DNA from: Dimorphilus gyrociliatus
Lineage: Eukaryota > Animalia > Annelida
NCBI GenBank assembly: GCA_904063045.1
Contig: CAJFCJ010000001.1
Span: forward strand, 1,984,001-2,048,000
DNA: 64,000 nucleotides
Direction of reading: 5' to 3'
Shown here: piece by piece, positions 50,401 through 64,000 of the stretch
How the letters are laid out: each line of letters starts with the position of its first letter
Position numbering within the stretch: position 1 is the stretch's first letter
Program-made: the position numbers and the translations under genes
Notes under the pieces: model-generated
The model's database searches: none
Told to the model about the DNA's origin: nothing
Seen by the model: only the letters and a program-made list of their open reading frames with translations

Positions 50401-53062
50401 TTAAATGAAACCAACTAGATTGCATAGATTAAAACCATATGCTATCCATTTGATTAATATAACGTGTATATATTATATATTAATAATATATAATATAGCT
50501 TAACGAAAAATGTAAAGCATGGTATCGCTTATAAAAAGATCATAGATCTTGAAGAAGTACAGTTTTTATTAGTTAGGTGATGGATAATAATAACTAAAAC
50601 TTTAACAAACTTCTTTATAAGAGCTTTTATTGATTAATTGTTATTCACTTTTTATAAGTTAAGGTACTAGAGGTTTCTAGGTAATGGTGTCGGTCAATAG
50701 TATTTATCCTTCAAATTTATACAATGTCAAGTGAAAGTCATTCCGTGCTATTCTGAAACGTAAATATTGTTTTTGGCAATAACGTATATTTAATACTAAC
50801 CGAAAAAAAGATTATTTTATCTTTTTTTTCTTTATTTGTATTTGAAAATAATATAATATCAATGCTATTTAAAACTTCTTTTTGACATTGAAATAACATT
50901 GACAGATAGCAACAGACCTAGGGGATGGAAAGACGTTTTGAATGAAAAAGGGCCAGAGGGCTTTGCTAAAGAAATCCGTAAAAATAAGGGTCTCTTATTA
51001 ACTGATACTACATTCAGAGATGCCCATCAATCACTTCTAGCCACAAGAGTCAGAACTTATGATTTAAAGAAAATTGCTCCTTTCGTCTCACATAATATGG
51101 CTGGCCTATTCAGTTTGGAAAACTGGGGTGGAGCAACATTCGATGTAGCTTACAGATTTTTACACGAGGATCCATGGGAACGTTTGGAAACTTTAAGGAA
51201 ATTAATACCCAACATTCCATTTCAAATGTTGTTTAGGGGAGCCAATGCTGTTGGTTATACCAACTATCCCGATAATGTCCTTACTAAATTCTGTGAATTA
51301 GCTGTTAAAAGTGGAATGGATATTTTTAGGGTTTTCGACTCTTTGAACTACTTGCCAAATTTAGTTGTTGGTATGGATGTCGTTGGAAAGGCTGGAGGTG
51401 TTGTAGAAGCGGCCATATCATACACAGGAGATGTCTCCAATCCTGAAAAGAAAAAATATGATTTAAAATACTACACTGACTTAGTTGATGAACTCGTTAA
51501 AGGTTCGTATCATTTTTATCTTAGGAAATTATCTTTTTTTATTCTCACGCTCTCTTCCTACAACAGCCGGACTTCATATCCTTTGCATCAAAGATATGGC
51601 AGGATTACTGAGACCACAAGCTGCTAGTATGCTAATCGACGCTATCAGACAAAAACATCCAGATATTCCAATACACGTTCACACTCATGACACTTCTGGA
51701 GCTGGAGTTGCTGCCATGCTCTCAGCCGCAAAGGCCGGAGCTGATATCGTTGATTCGGCAGTCGACTCAATGTCTGGTATGACATCTCAACCTTCAATGG
51801 GCGCTCTAGTTGCCTCTATTGAGAGAACTCCTCTAGAAACCTCTGTAGACCCCAAAGATATAAACCAATATTCCACCTACTGGGAGCAAACTAGACAATT
51901 ATACGGACCCTTTGAATGTACTGTTTCGATGAAGAGCGGAAATTCTGATATATATGAAAATGAAATTCCTGGTGGTCAATATACCAACTTGCAGTTCCAA
52001 GCTTACACTTTAGGCTTACTAGATCAATTTGAAGAAGTTAAGAAAATGTACAAAGAAGCTAATTTACTAATGGGAGATATTGTTAAAGTAACGCCATCAA
52101 GTAAAATCGTTGGAGATTTGGCCCAATTTATGGTCCAAAACAAATTATCTCCCAAGGATGTTTTGGACAAGGCTGATGAATTGAGCTTCCCACAAAGTGT
52201 TATTGAATATATGAGTGGAATGATTGGTATTCCACCAGGTGGATTCCCAGAACCTCTAAGAAGCAAGATCTTAAAGGGAAAACCAAAATCTGATGGTAGA
52301 ACAGGAGATAAACTCGAACCAGTTGATTTCGAAAAATTACAGAAAGAGCTGGAAGAAAAGCACGACAGACCTATGTCAGAGAAAGATGTTGTCAGCTCCG
52401 CTCTCTATCCTAAAGTATTCGATGATTACGTTGAATTTAATTCTAAGTACGGACCTGTTGATAAGCTTGATACCAGAATGTTCCTCACAGGACCCGATAT
52501 AGCTCAAGAACTTGATGTAAATATAAAAATATACCTTATTCGCATTCTAATCAAAAATATTCTATTGATATATATAATCATTTTATAACAGATCGAAATC
52601 GAAAAAGGTAAAACTCTACACTTGAAGACATTGGCTACCAGTGATTTAAGGGATAACGGACAAAGAGAGGTCTTTTTCGAGTTAAACGGTCAGTTGAGAA
52701 CAGTATACGTAAAGGATAAGGAAGCCATGAAGGAGATTCATGAACATCCAAAAGCTTCAAAGGGTCAGAAAGGTAATATATAATTAATAAATTTGTTAAT
52801 AGTGACAAAACAACCACTGTTTGTTCATCTTTTACTTTTAATAATTTAAGGTTCTATTGGAGCTCCTATGCCTGGCGAAGTAATAGATATTAGAGTGGAT
52901 GTGGGAGACACCGTTGAAAAGGGTCAACCCTTAGTAGTTCTCTCTGCCATGAAAATGGAAATGGTCGTGAACGCTCCAATTGGAGGAAAAGTGAAATCAG
53001 TTGCAGCTCAAAAGGGTCTGAAACTTTTGGGTGAGGATCTGTTGGTTGAAATTGAAGAATAA
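47406..53062 (+). CDS. PC: Pyruvate carboxylase, mitochondrial
   Basis: [20 protein letters not shown]; [10 protein letters not shown]; [19 protein letters not shown]; [21 protein letters not shown]; [10 protein letters not shown]; HVHTHDTSG; biotinyl motif SAMKMEM. Confidence 0.98.
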
Positions 53063-53428
53063 TCATGGCATCTTCTGTTTGGATATATTAATGTTTTGGG
53101 TATAGATAGAAAACATATTTAATTTTGACAATATCGTGTTCTCCTCTGTTCATCAAATAGAAACTGTAGAGATTATGTAATAACAGAAATGAGAGAATAT
53201 GATATAGTATAATACGAATTTAAGACAAGATATATTTCAATGCTAAAATAATACAAAACCGATATTTTGCGTGTAGAGAAATTCTATTATTTTATTTTTG
53301 CATAACTCGGCGCTTCTTAAATATTATCTAATAATTCATTAAGATCGTCTTAAACTATAAAGAATCCTTTTTCAAGGTTCAATATAAATGAACACAAGTG
53401 AATGAGTAACTAGAACATCCTGGAAACA

Positions 53429-54851
<1,423 letters not shown>

Positions 54852-55061
54852 TATTTAAAAAAATACAAATTTTTCTTCAATAATAATTCGCTTCAATATG
54901 GCGTCTATGGCAAAATTGTCCGAAATCAAAACAGCATTCCACTTTCAACTTGGAGAAAACTGGTAAAAGATTACACATTTTAAACAAGCCATTGTTCAAC
55001 TTTTCATTTTGACGACACTACTCTTTGTCACACGAATCTACATCAATTGAATTTTATAGAA
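54852..55061. promoter_or_regulatory. Bidirectional promoter between KAT8 and MYCBPAP exon A
   Basis: Divergent ATGs at 54851 (-) and 55062 (+), 210 bp apart; YY1-like AATATGGCG near 54896. Confidence 0.45.
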
Positions 55062-55119
55062 ATGAGTTCTCGTCACGGAACTAAAACAAAAGCCGAGAAA
55101 GGGAGACCTAAATCATCTG
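55062..55119 (+). other. MYCBPAP candidate first exon A (MSSRHGTKTKAEKGRPKSS)
   Basis: ATG 55062; 58 nt (19 codons + 1); donor G|GTGAGC; phase 1 fits acceptor TTAG|AT at 61119/61120. Confidence 0.75.
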
Positions 55120-58100
55120 GTGAGCGGTTTATTAAATATTTTTGAGCGATTTTACAGGGTTTTGATGCAAGTTTAAAATTTTTAATCGTCTGGAATCTTC
55201 TCAACCAAGCGATAAGACATAAAGAACAAAGATAATGTATCTTAGTGCCAAATATGAGTTTGTAAATTATTTAATTGCCCCATAAAATCCATAATATTTT
55301 CCAATAGATGGGGCCTTTTTTAATATTTGTTTACATTGGCAACTATGGATTAAAGAAAAGATTATTGACTAAACTACTAAAGTCTGTTTGATTAGCGCTT
55401 AGATAATGGTAACTGCACGGCCTAACTATGAAGCACCTAGGTTATACGTAAATTTGATTTCTAACGCAAATATTGAATCGAGGAAATAAATTAATTTTTA
55501 ATATTTTAAAGCTTCAATTAAACAGCATATCAAATAAATATAACAAATAGTCTCCTAAATTTCGAAACATGAGCTACACTTTTTAAAAGAAAAGATAAGA
55601 TCTCAAAAACTAATAACTAAATTCTTTAACACTATTTCTTTTATCAATAATTACTGAAAATTTTAATAAAATTAACAGTATTATATCTATCGATTGAATG
55701 CTCATTTCTTTTTTGATAAATTCTGAACAAATTATCAATTAAATTGAAATTTTTAGAAAAATACTAGATATGCGCCTAATGTCTTGTATAACCATCCTTT
55801 CGTTGTCATGCGAACATGAATTATTAGACTATAGATGGCGGCACAGTGCTGAGTTCTTCTTTCATGGTAATTTACTTCGGATGAATATTTACATTTGAAT
55901 ACTTATGTACATAAGTTATCTTTTTTAATTTAATTATTTGAGTACAAAGTGACATACCGTTCAATTAATCTGTTAATTACAATTTTTTTGAAATTATTCT
56001 CTATAGAAACTAAAATTTATGAATAATATTTGAATCGTACCTTTATGAAATTAAAGATGAGCGTCTTTTGATAATTATCCTTTTCATGGGGAAAATTCTT
56101 TTACATTTTAGTCAATGTCACTCGACTAATTCTATCAAGAGAGTTTAAGTGAAACTAGAGGGAAAGAGACTCCTTTTTCAATGATCGATAGGAATGCAAT
56201 TGAACAGAGAGGTTTCGACAAAAACTCGTTTTCTTTTAGTTTGCCATTCCTGTTTCCATTAGCTTACTCACTGTTAATGGCTGGCGTATCTTTTATTAAT
56301 GCAACATACACTATTACTATTTGCTTCACAAAAAGATCCTGAAGCTGTTCAATTCAGACATTCACTTTTTATAACCAAACAGAGTAAATTGTCAGGTCAA
56401 AATAGATGTTGTATATAAAATAAGACAATATACAAGCTACATCCAAAAAATTGGATAGCTATACTACTTTGTGATAAACTTTTCAAGTTACCTGTGTAGA
56501 GTTTCGTCAAATTTTTGACAAAGGCTAACTTTAAAATATTGGTTAATCAATAAAGCTAAGGTAGCAGCTTGTTAAATCGTTTTTAAATGGCTATATTATA
56601 ATTATTGACTGGTAACGAAAGAATATTTTTCACCTCTGAGCAACTATCCGAGAGCGTTGATTAATACATCTACGCTATCGGATTGTAAAATGCTCTTGGA
56701 TTTAAGAAAAAGTGCTCGAAAGGCGGCTTTCATTAGTAAGTTTTTCTATTAATATTCGTTTAATATCCGTTATAGCACTCTTTATTGCTATTAAACACAT
56801 TCAATCTAAAGCAATAGTCAACAGTTAGGGTAATTTTCACGCCTTTCATCTGTAATTTTATCACCGACTCGCTTATTTAGATCACTCAGAAAACTTTATG
56901 CTAACGTTTAAGTGAAATCAAGAAAATAAGCATTTAAGTTAGACTTAATTAAACTGTCTAATACTTCTCTTGTAGTGGAGTAAAGAGTTTGGTATTGATT
57001 TTTACTATCGTTTCGTAAATTTAATCCGTAATTAGAAATTATTTTCTCACTCCTTTTTCAACAACTACAATCTCAGTAAAATTTGTGAAAGAAGGAATAT
57101 TATAGAAGTTATGCAGCATTTACAGATTCCAAATAGGGAATTTGGTGGTTCACCATCTATAAATAGACGAAAAGCAAGTGGAGGCTCAAGTTTAAGAACT
57201 CCCGAATCAATTAAAAGCAGGAGTGAACGGAAGTATTCAACCGTTCGTGAGTTTATAAGATTTTTTTGCCTATTAATTTCTTCAATTTCGCTTAACAATT
57301 TTATAAGGTAACAAACTAAGCATATCATTTTTTTCATGTTGATTAATATCTTATCAAGTACTTTCATGCGTTTATCCTATTCTTTCGAAAGTTTTTCCGA
57401 GGCTTAAATGTGAAATAATTGATATTATCATACTAAATTATTCAATGGAGTTTTAGGTGTAGAAAAGCATTAATCAATAGAAGCGATTTGTTTAAATAAT
57501 GAATATTTTTAGAGACGAAAACTGTTAAAATTACACCAATCTTTCTAGATTTACAGTCTTTTATAGAGATACTAAAAATGAGCTATTCTATATAATTTAG
57601 TATACAGCATATACAGTATATATGTATATACTGTATATATATATATATACTGCAACAATTGCAATAAACATTTTTCAGCTCAATGAAAGATAATCAAAGG
57701 CAATGCCATATTGTTTCATCAATTTAAATTCATTTAACATTTATATAACTAAAAAACAACATTTTAATACCCCTTAAATCATAAACGTGATAGAAGAATT
57801 GAGATCGCGACTTTACCTGATCGTATTGTTTTCCTAATCGTAAATCAATGCTTGAACAACGAAGACCCTTATTCGTTTATCGAAAATCTCATTGCATTTT
57901 CGCATCAATATCCTTTTTTATTATTTTATTATGTTATTCGGTACCTCAGAAAAGAGATAGCTACAGAACGTGAGAGATAGACGAACAAGTTATACATATC
58001 AGTATATGTATATATAAATATATTGTCAGCTGTATAATTAACTTAAGCTTCTTCTTCGCTATACCGTTAAGATGATCAGAACAAGAAAGAGGAGTAACAC

Positions 58101-60473
58101 TCAAGCTCCTAAATCACAAGAATCGGTATTGGATTTAAATTCATCTTCTGGATCAGCGATAGATGGCGGAAGAAGTAGTAAATACGCAAACCGATATGGT
58201 CGAATCCGAGGCAATTTAACTACTTTAAACGCTTTTAGTAGGTTATTCATTTGTATAAAAATGTTGTGAATCAATAGGTCTTTAGTAGAATTCAAAAGAA
58301 ATTTATAAGAAAAGTACCTAAATTGCTATCATTATATAATAAAAAGTCAAGGAATAGTATATATTGCGAGAACGCAGCATTTTCATTTTATCTAATCACT
58401 TTTATAGTTTTAAATATTGAAGTAAAACAGTAATATATCTTAAATTTAATACATTTATATAGTAATATTGTACATTATTTTTTAATAGTACTTTTAAAGG
58501 AATGTTTATAGAAAAAAAGATAACTCATACCTTTTAATTTAAATACAACGTAAATATTCTATACTTTCAGTTGAAATTCATGATATTCAATGATAAGAAA
58601 AATAATATATGGGAATTGTTTAATATTTACAAAAGAGGTCACTTATTGTACAGTTGTCTCTAGTTTAAATTTGCAATTGATTCGTATCATGTTAATTCTT
58701 TGATCCTAACTTATTATTTGCTCTCGTTTTGGAAATCAATCCTAACTGATATAGTATACACTTACTGAATAATTATAAATGAATTTTATCCTCTCATTTT
58801 ATAATCCTCTCACTTACACGTTCGGTGATAAAATCATATAAAAAATATATGATATTCATACCGCTTCAAGTTTTAATTAATCAAATTTGATTTTTTGAAA
58901 ATATTCTTTTGGTTCCGTGTGCGAAGAGTTTAAATTAAAAACTGAATTCAAGTAGACAAAATTATTGTGGGAGTATAACAGGAAATTCTCCTATGAGACC
59001 GCGAAGAATTGTTCAAATAGTATAAATTCAGCCCTGAGGATATAAGTCGCCCATTAGGGGATAATGAACCAATATAGCGCAAAGAAGAGTTAAAGAAAGC
59101 ACGTTTTCAAATTGGTCGTGTTTGTTTTCTCCTGTAAATATTTGTTTGAGATTTGTATAGTTAAAGAACGTTCAAGTAGTTGGACTCTGATCTTCTATCT
59201 TGCCGGTAATATGTCTAGGAGTTCAACTGCATCAGGCGGTCGGAAATGGACGGCTTTAAAAAGAAAGACAATGGTTACTTCCGCCTTAGGCAGTAAGTTT
59301 CTTAGAGATTTTATTTGTATTTATTTTTTGTAAGGTCTTTCGATAAGTTTTGAAAAAGCAGGCATACTAAAAAACTATTAATTTCTACGATAATGGTAAT
59401 ATAGAGAACGTAACTTAAAGGATTGGCAATATTAATAGATTATTCATTATTCTTTTATCAAAGATTATTCAGCGAAAGATAAAAATATTATATTATTAAA
59501 GAATATTCGAAAGAAAGAACATTTTTTAAAAAACACAACAATGAATATTTATTACTTTTTACCAAGTATAAAACTTATATTTACCCAATTGAACTTTTAA
59601 ACTTTCCCTTTTAAAACTTTGAGGAAAGTAAGAATTAATTATTACTTTTATTGCTTTTAATCCGTTAAAAAAATATTATAAATGATAAAAAGCGCCCTCT
59701 TTCTACTAAAAAAATAAAAAATGTTAGTTTTTATTAGAATGCGGCGCCATCTAGGATATATGGGTTATTTTATGTATAACAAAGAATATTTTAATAATTT
59801 AATTAAGATAACACGATAACAGTAATTTAACTACCAGCTTTATTATGATTATTACTATTATCATTCTTTTTATGTTATTTCACAAGACTATATTTGTTAG
59901 AAATTTTTGTCGGTTATACATAAGCACTTATACAGTATTATAAATGAAATAAGGAAGCTCATCAACTAGTAATACCTTCTCAAGATAATCTTATCAAATA
60001 TTCAAATTTATCAAGAATTTTAATATCGGAATACATTTCTTTACTTTTGTTGAAAATCGACAACAACAACAATGAATAGTCGACGCGGTTCGATCGACGC
60101 TGTTCATGGACGATCGAGTAGTAAAATATTAGAGCGAATACGTCTACATACCGATTCATCTAGATCAGATTCGGATATGCAGAGAAAATCTTCAAGAGTA
60201 TCATTTGATACTAGAAAATCTTCAATATTATCAGGTTTTTTGTCTTAGTTATCTATAATAATACCTCGTCTCCTACCGTGTATACACTGGTAACAAAAGA
60301 CGAACAAGAAATGAAGAAAGAACGTTTTCTTATTTGTCCAAATATCTCTTTGGCACTAGATAAACATATATTAATCGGTTTTTTTTTGTAATACAAGCGT
60401 CTTGTGGTTGAACGGTAAGCACTTTGTAACAACAAATGAACATAATATAAGGAACAGCTAAATAATATATATT

Positions 60474-60533
<60 letters not shown>

Positions 60534-63500
60534 TATGCATATACATACCATATTTTATCATTCCTTTAAGATCTATTTGAGAAATTCTCGGATCAATTTG
60601 TTAAAGTAAAGTAAACTAATCAACGTGTAACATTCCTTCTGACTTGTTTCAGCAAAGCGATTAGATAATGGCGCCTCTAGCGATTGTAGCAATTTACTGA
60701 ACTTGATTCTGTCTTGAAACTTCAGTCGGGAATTTTTAAATAAATCATAGTTGTGCAAATAGCCGCGTGGGATTAACTAAATTTGTATCAAACGCCTTTT
60801 GTTGGCTGAATGTCGATTATTATCTTTAGATCTTTCATTGCGTTAGCATATCATATCTGAAATAATACTGTTAATTCCTTTTCTTCTACTTTCTCTTTGA
60901 TACGTGCGTCAAAATTGTTCCCCTTGGATTTATGCAGAAAGAACACGTATCGGCGTTGGCAAACAGGAGGAGGAGTGTTCAAATAAGAAGAGGAAGTGTT
61001 TTAATTCCACACGGTTCTCTTGTTCCAAAGAAACATTTTTTAGACTATTTTAAGAATAATAATATTTAAATGTGTATATCTTCCTAAGCTTGTGCTAATC
61101 AAAAAATTGTGTATTTTAGATAAGCTAAGGAAAAAGCCGGGAACTCCTGATAAAACTACTACACCTGGAACGGAAGCTAATGCCGAAGAGGAAAAGAAAG
61201 TTATTGTGAATGAAGAAATACTTCGTCTTGCAATAAAACACGAAGATCTCGTTAAGTTGAGGAAGGAAGAGAAGACTCCTGAGCCCACTCAACCACTCAG
61301 AGAAATATCAATAAGAAGGGAGCGTCCTGAAAAAGAATGGAAGAAACCACCTTCTAAGAGGTAATATTGAAGTTATAAGACTGTTAGCTTTATCACTGAT
61401 CTTTCTGTAATTGAACAGAATTGCTGTTGCTAAGGAGGCACCGAATGACGCTCCCCTTCGTCCTTATAATTTAAAAGGTTTTTTCTTTCATCTTATTATT
61501 GTATATTATTTATTCTTTAAATTATTTCCTTCTCTTCATATTTTTAATTAATAATTTATCGTGTCCTTTAACATATACATTAGACGGCGCCGGCCCTAGA
61601 TTTGATCATTTTGGGAGAATAGTGCCCCATAGTATTCTTGGAGATGCGTATACGTATCAAAGGAATGCAATTGAAACTGGCCAATGGCCTAATGGGGCTG
61701 TAATTGAATATCCAGTACAAGAAATGAAAGTTAAGAATGAGAAGAAAAGGGAGAGAAAGATAGCTTTTGAGGAAGAGGAACATAAAGCCCTAGAAAATTG
61801 GGAGAAAAAAATGAGAGAAAGGAGAAGGCAACAAGGATATTTATCTAGTAAGTTTCTTTCATAGATTAAAGGTTTTTATTTGTTTGAGAACGTGCCATAT
61901 TTGAAGTATTTCATATAGATTTCCTCAATAATCGCATTTTCATATATTTTATAATTATCTACTAGATTCGTTTAATTTACTTCATTAAATGAAAAGAATA
62001 AGAAATCAATAACTTTATTATGTATCATTGGGTATTAATTTAGAGATTAAAAACAATAAAATTAACACATCGCCATTGGCTATTAATAGTAATAATTAAT
62101 ATCCTCTAAAGGGAACAAAGAATCGATGCTTAAATATTCATAATTTTCATTCTATTTGGTTATAATGCACAAAATAGTAAATTCCTCCTGCTATAAATGC
62201 TGATTTACATTAAAACCGCTTTTTTTTTTACTGGTTATAATTCAAACAACTTTATTTCTCTGCGAAATATTTATACGTGATTTATCACAAATTAAGTAGT
62301 ATCAAACAAAGACTTATGCATTTCAAAGTTTTTTTCAAGTTATTTTACTCTGCTTTTATCATTACTTTAAAATAAACAGTAGCCCTATATTTATAATAAA
62401 TAGATATTTCTTTTTATCAATAATTATTAACTCTTTTAAAGAGTTTCTATCATGTAATTATTATAAGAATTATTGTCTTTTAGAATTACTTAACAAGAAA
62501 CCGGAAAATCTAGTAATGAATCAAGCTGATGGATATAAAAAGACCCAAGAACGTAGGGATATTATTGATAAAGCTCTTCCTCTTGTTGAAGATGGAAAAG
62601 GATGTACGTCTATAGAGAAAATTAAGTTCAGACTTTTTAATAAAATAAAGAATTTATTTTTATTTAGATCGTTATAAAAGCGAATTTTGGAATCAACACG
62701 AATGGTTTGGTGGAGAGGAGACGGGAATATTGTAAGAAAAAGATACAATTCATACTACGTCTATATCCAAGTTAAATTTTTTTTAGTGCCGCCTTATCGG
62801 AATCCCAAAAAGGAAATCACCAGCCGATAGAAAAGGTTGGAGTTCCTCGTACTGTAATGAGAGAGAAGGGTATAGATCCTCTACTACCGCCTTCAACTCC
62901 TAGTTCAAAACCTTGGCATCAAACTCAATATTTGAAAAAACGTCAAGAACAGTTGGCGGAACTAGTTCGAGAAATCGATCCATATGATCCGGTATATTTC
63001 TTTTTTTTTTTATACAATTTTTCATTCATAAACTCGTTTTAATTCTGTGCAATTAGCAATTTCAAACTTTGGAAGTAATTGGCTCTAATAAGCCGGTTGA
63101 GATCGATAGACTAGAACTGAAAAGTAGGGAAACAACTTTTACTAGATCCGAAAACCAAATGGGCGATATAGGCGATATTTTGACCGAGTCTGTATTCAAA
63201 TTCATAATAAATTGTTTATTTTACAGTTATTATACTGTAAATATCTGCTTTATAGCGATCCTCTAGCGGGAATACCAGATATCCCAGCACCTGTTCAAGG
63301 ACCTTCTATCGTTATAGAAGGTAAACAGTTAGACTGGGAGGGAGATAGTCACTCAAAGTCTGATGAGACTGCATTAGTGGCAAGAGTTGTCTTTGAATGT
63401 ATTTCTGGAGAGAGGAAAACGGAAATGTTCCAAGTAAAAAACAATGGATCAACAGCTATTTACTACAATTGGAACGTAAGTTTAGCAAATAACTCAGCTG

Positions 63501-64000
63501 TTTTCTATCAATATGCAAAAAGTATTAATTTATATTTTTAATTATAAAGAAAATTGAAAAATCAAATCCATTTGATCAAGTTAATCGGAAGATTCAAAGA
63601 TTTTATTTTAATACAAATGGAGGTAACCTATATTTTCTACAAAATAGTAAACTATAATTCAAATATATCTATGAATTTCAGGAGTTATTTTGCCAGGAGA
63701 TACCAAAAGATTCCCTATCGTATTTAAATCTAGCAATTACGGTATCTTCTCAGAGACTTGGCAGTTTCATACCCATCCTGTTGTGGCGTCAGGAGCAAGT
63801 ATTTTTGTAACTTTGAAAGGAGTCGCCCTTCAGGTTGACAAGTATGAAAAAGAGAGAAAGGACTTAGAGATTATGCTTACGCACAAAGAAGCTGAAGAAA
63901 CTGTTGGAATGATTTTAGAGAGTATTTTAAATGGAGTTAGAACACCAGAGAGGCCAGCGACGCCTATAGACGCGTACTTGACTGAAGCAGAGGAGTTTAA
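55062..64000 (+). CDS. MYCBPAP: MYCBP-associated protein (MYCBPAP/AMAP-1-like, ciliary/flagellar), runs off right edge; multiple candidate first exons splice to common exon at 61120
   Basis: Common exons give DGAGPRFDHFGRIVPHSILG; HKALENWEKKMRERRRQQGYLS; RDIIDKALP; SEFWNQ; LEVIG; VQGPSIVIEG; NNGSTAIYYNW; RFYFNTNGGVILPGDTKRFPIVFKSSNYGIFSETWQFHTHP; VTLKGVALQ. These match recalled MYCBPAP blocks. Confidence 0.85.
56690..56735 (+). other. MYCBPAP candidate first exon B (MLLDLRKSARKAAFI)
   Basis: ATG 56690; 46 nt (15 codons + 1); consensus donor A|GTAAGT; phase 1. Confidence 0.55.
57111..57246 (+). other. MYCBPAP candidate first exon C (MQHLQIPNREFGGSPSINRRKASGGSSLRTPESIKSRSERKYSTV)
   Basis: ATG 57111; 136 nt (45 codons + 1); donor C|GTGAGT; phase 1; locally GC-richer than flanks. 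Confidence 0.7.
58072..58237 (+). other. MYCBPAP candidate first exon D (MIRTRKRSNTQAPKSQESVLDLNSSSGSAIDGGRSSKYANRYGRIRGNLTTLNAF)
   Basis: ATG 58072; 166 nt (55 codons + 1); donor A|GTAGGT; phase 1. Confidence 0.65.
59211..59292 (+). other. MYCBPAP candidate first exon E (MSRSSTASGGRKWTALKRKTMVTSALG)
   Basis: ATG 59211; 82 nt (27 codons + 1); consensus donor A|GTAAGT; phase 1. Confidence 0.7.
60072..60234 (+). other. MYCBPAP candidate first exon F (MNSRRGSIDAVHGRSSSKILERIRLHTDSSRSDSDMQRKSSRVSFDTRKSSILS)
   Basis: ATG 60072; 163 nt (54 codons + 1); donor CAG|GTTTTT. The same AG|GTTTTT donor type is used by an internal MYCBPAP exon near 61478. Phase 1. Confidence 0.65.
60476..60530. repeat. 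(TA)n microsatellite
   Basis: About 27 uninterrupted TA units. Confidence 0.95.
60932..61013 (+). other. MYCBPAP candidate first exon G (MQKEHVSALANRRRSVQIRRGSVLIPH)
   Basis: ATG 60932; 82 nt (27 codons + 1); weak donor G|GTTCTC; phase 1; would leave a 106-nt intron to 61120. The CAG at 60935-60937 could also act as an acceptor. Confidence 0.5.

Noticed and set aside
57610-57637. 13-bp perfect inverted repeat TATACAGTATATA-TG-TATATACTGTATA
   Set aside because: Embedded in TA-rich low-complexity DNA, where palindromes arise trivially.
57330-60380. Very short ATG...xGT candidates in the MYCBPAP array (e.g. 57337, 59064, 59541, 59739, 60311)
   Set aside because: Phase-1 GT arises from any AGT/GGT/CGT/TGT codon. 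These have weak donors and tiny ORFs, so they cannot be told from background without transcript data.

Overview
Gene-dense, AT-rich eukaryotic (animal) DNA with very short introns (mostly about 45-70 nt). This fits a compact invertebrate genome; a miniature annelid such as Dimorphilus is a guess, not shown by the sequence. By manual exon stitching I find 17 protein-coding genes. In order: polycystin-1-like receptor (runs off the left edge), Ly6/three-finger protein, sialate O-acetylesterase-like membrane protein, GNB1L, a TPP1/Est3-like OB-fold protein, DDX56, an orphan EGF-domain protein, NT5C2, ISCU, a SIK kinase, Nopp140/NOLC1, TAF6L-like, CARNMT1-like, an SLC22 transporter, pyruvate carboxylase, KAT8/MOF and MYCBPAP (runs off the right edge). 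The standout is the 6-kb first 'intron' of MYCBPAP (55120-61119). It appears to hold an array of mutually exclusive ATG-bearing first exons. All end in phase-1 donors that fit one common acceptor, and each encodes a different short basic/Ser-rich N-terminus; three copies of a CTCF/YY1-like core motif lie among them. Other points: two apparent pseudoenzymes (SIAE-like, CARNMT1-like), two GC-AG introns, an 84-bp tandem array with a 1-nt frameshift in Nopp140, and a ~118-bp head-to-head gap between SIK and Nopp140. All family assignments come from recalled motifs; no database search was run.
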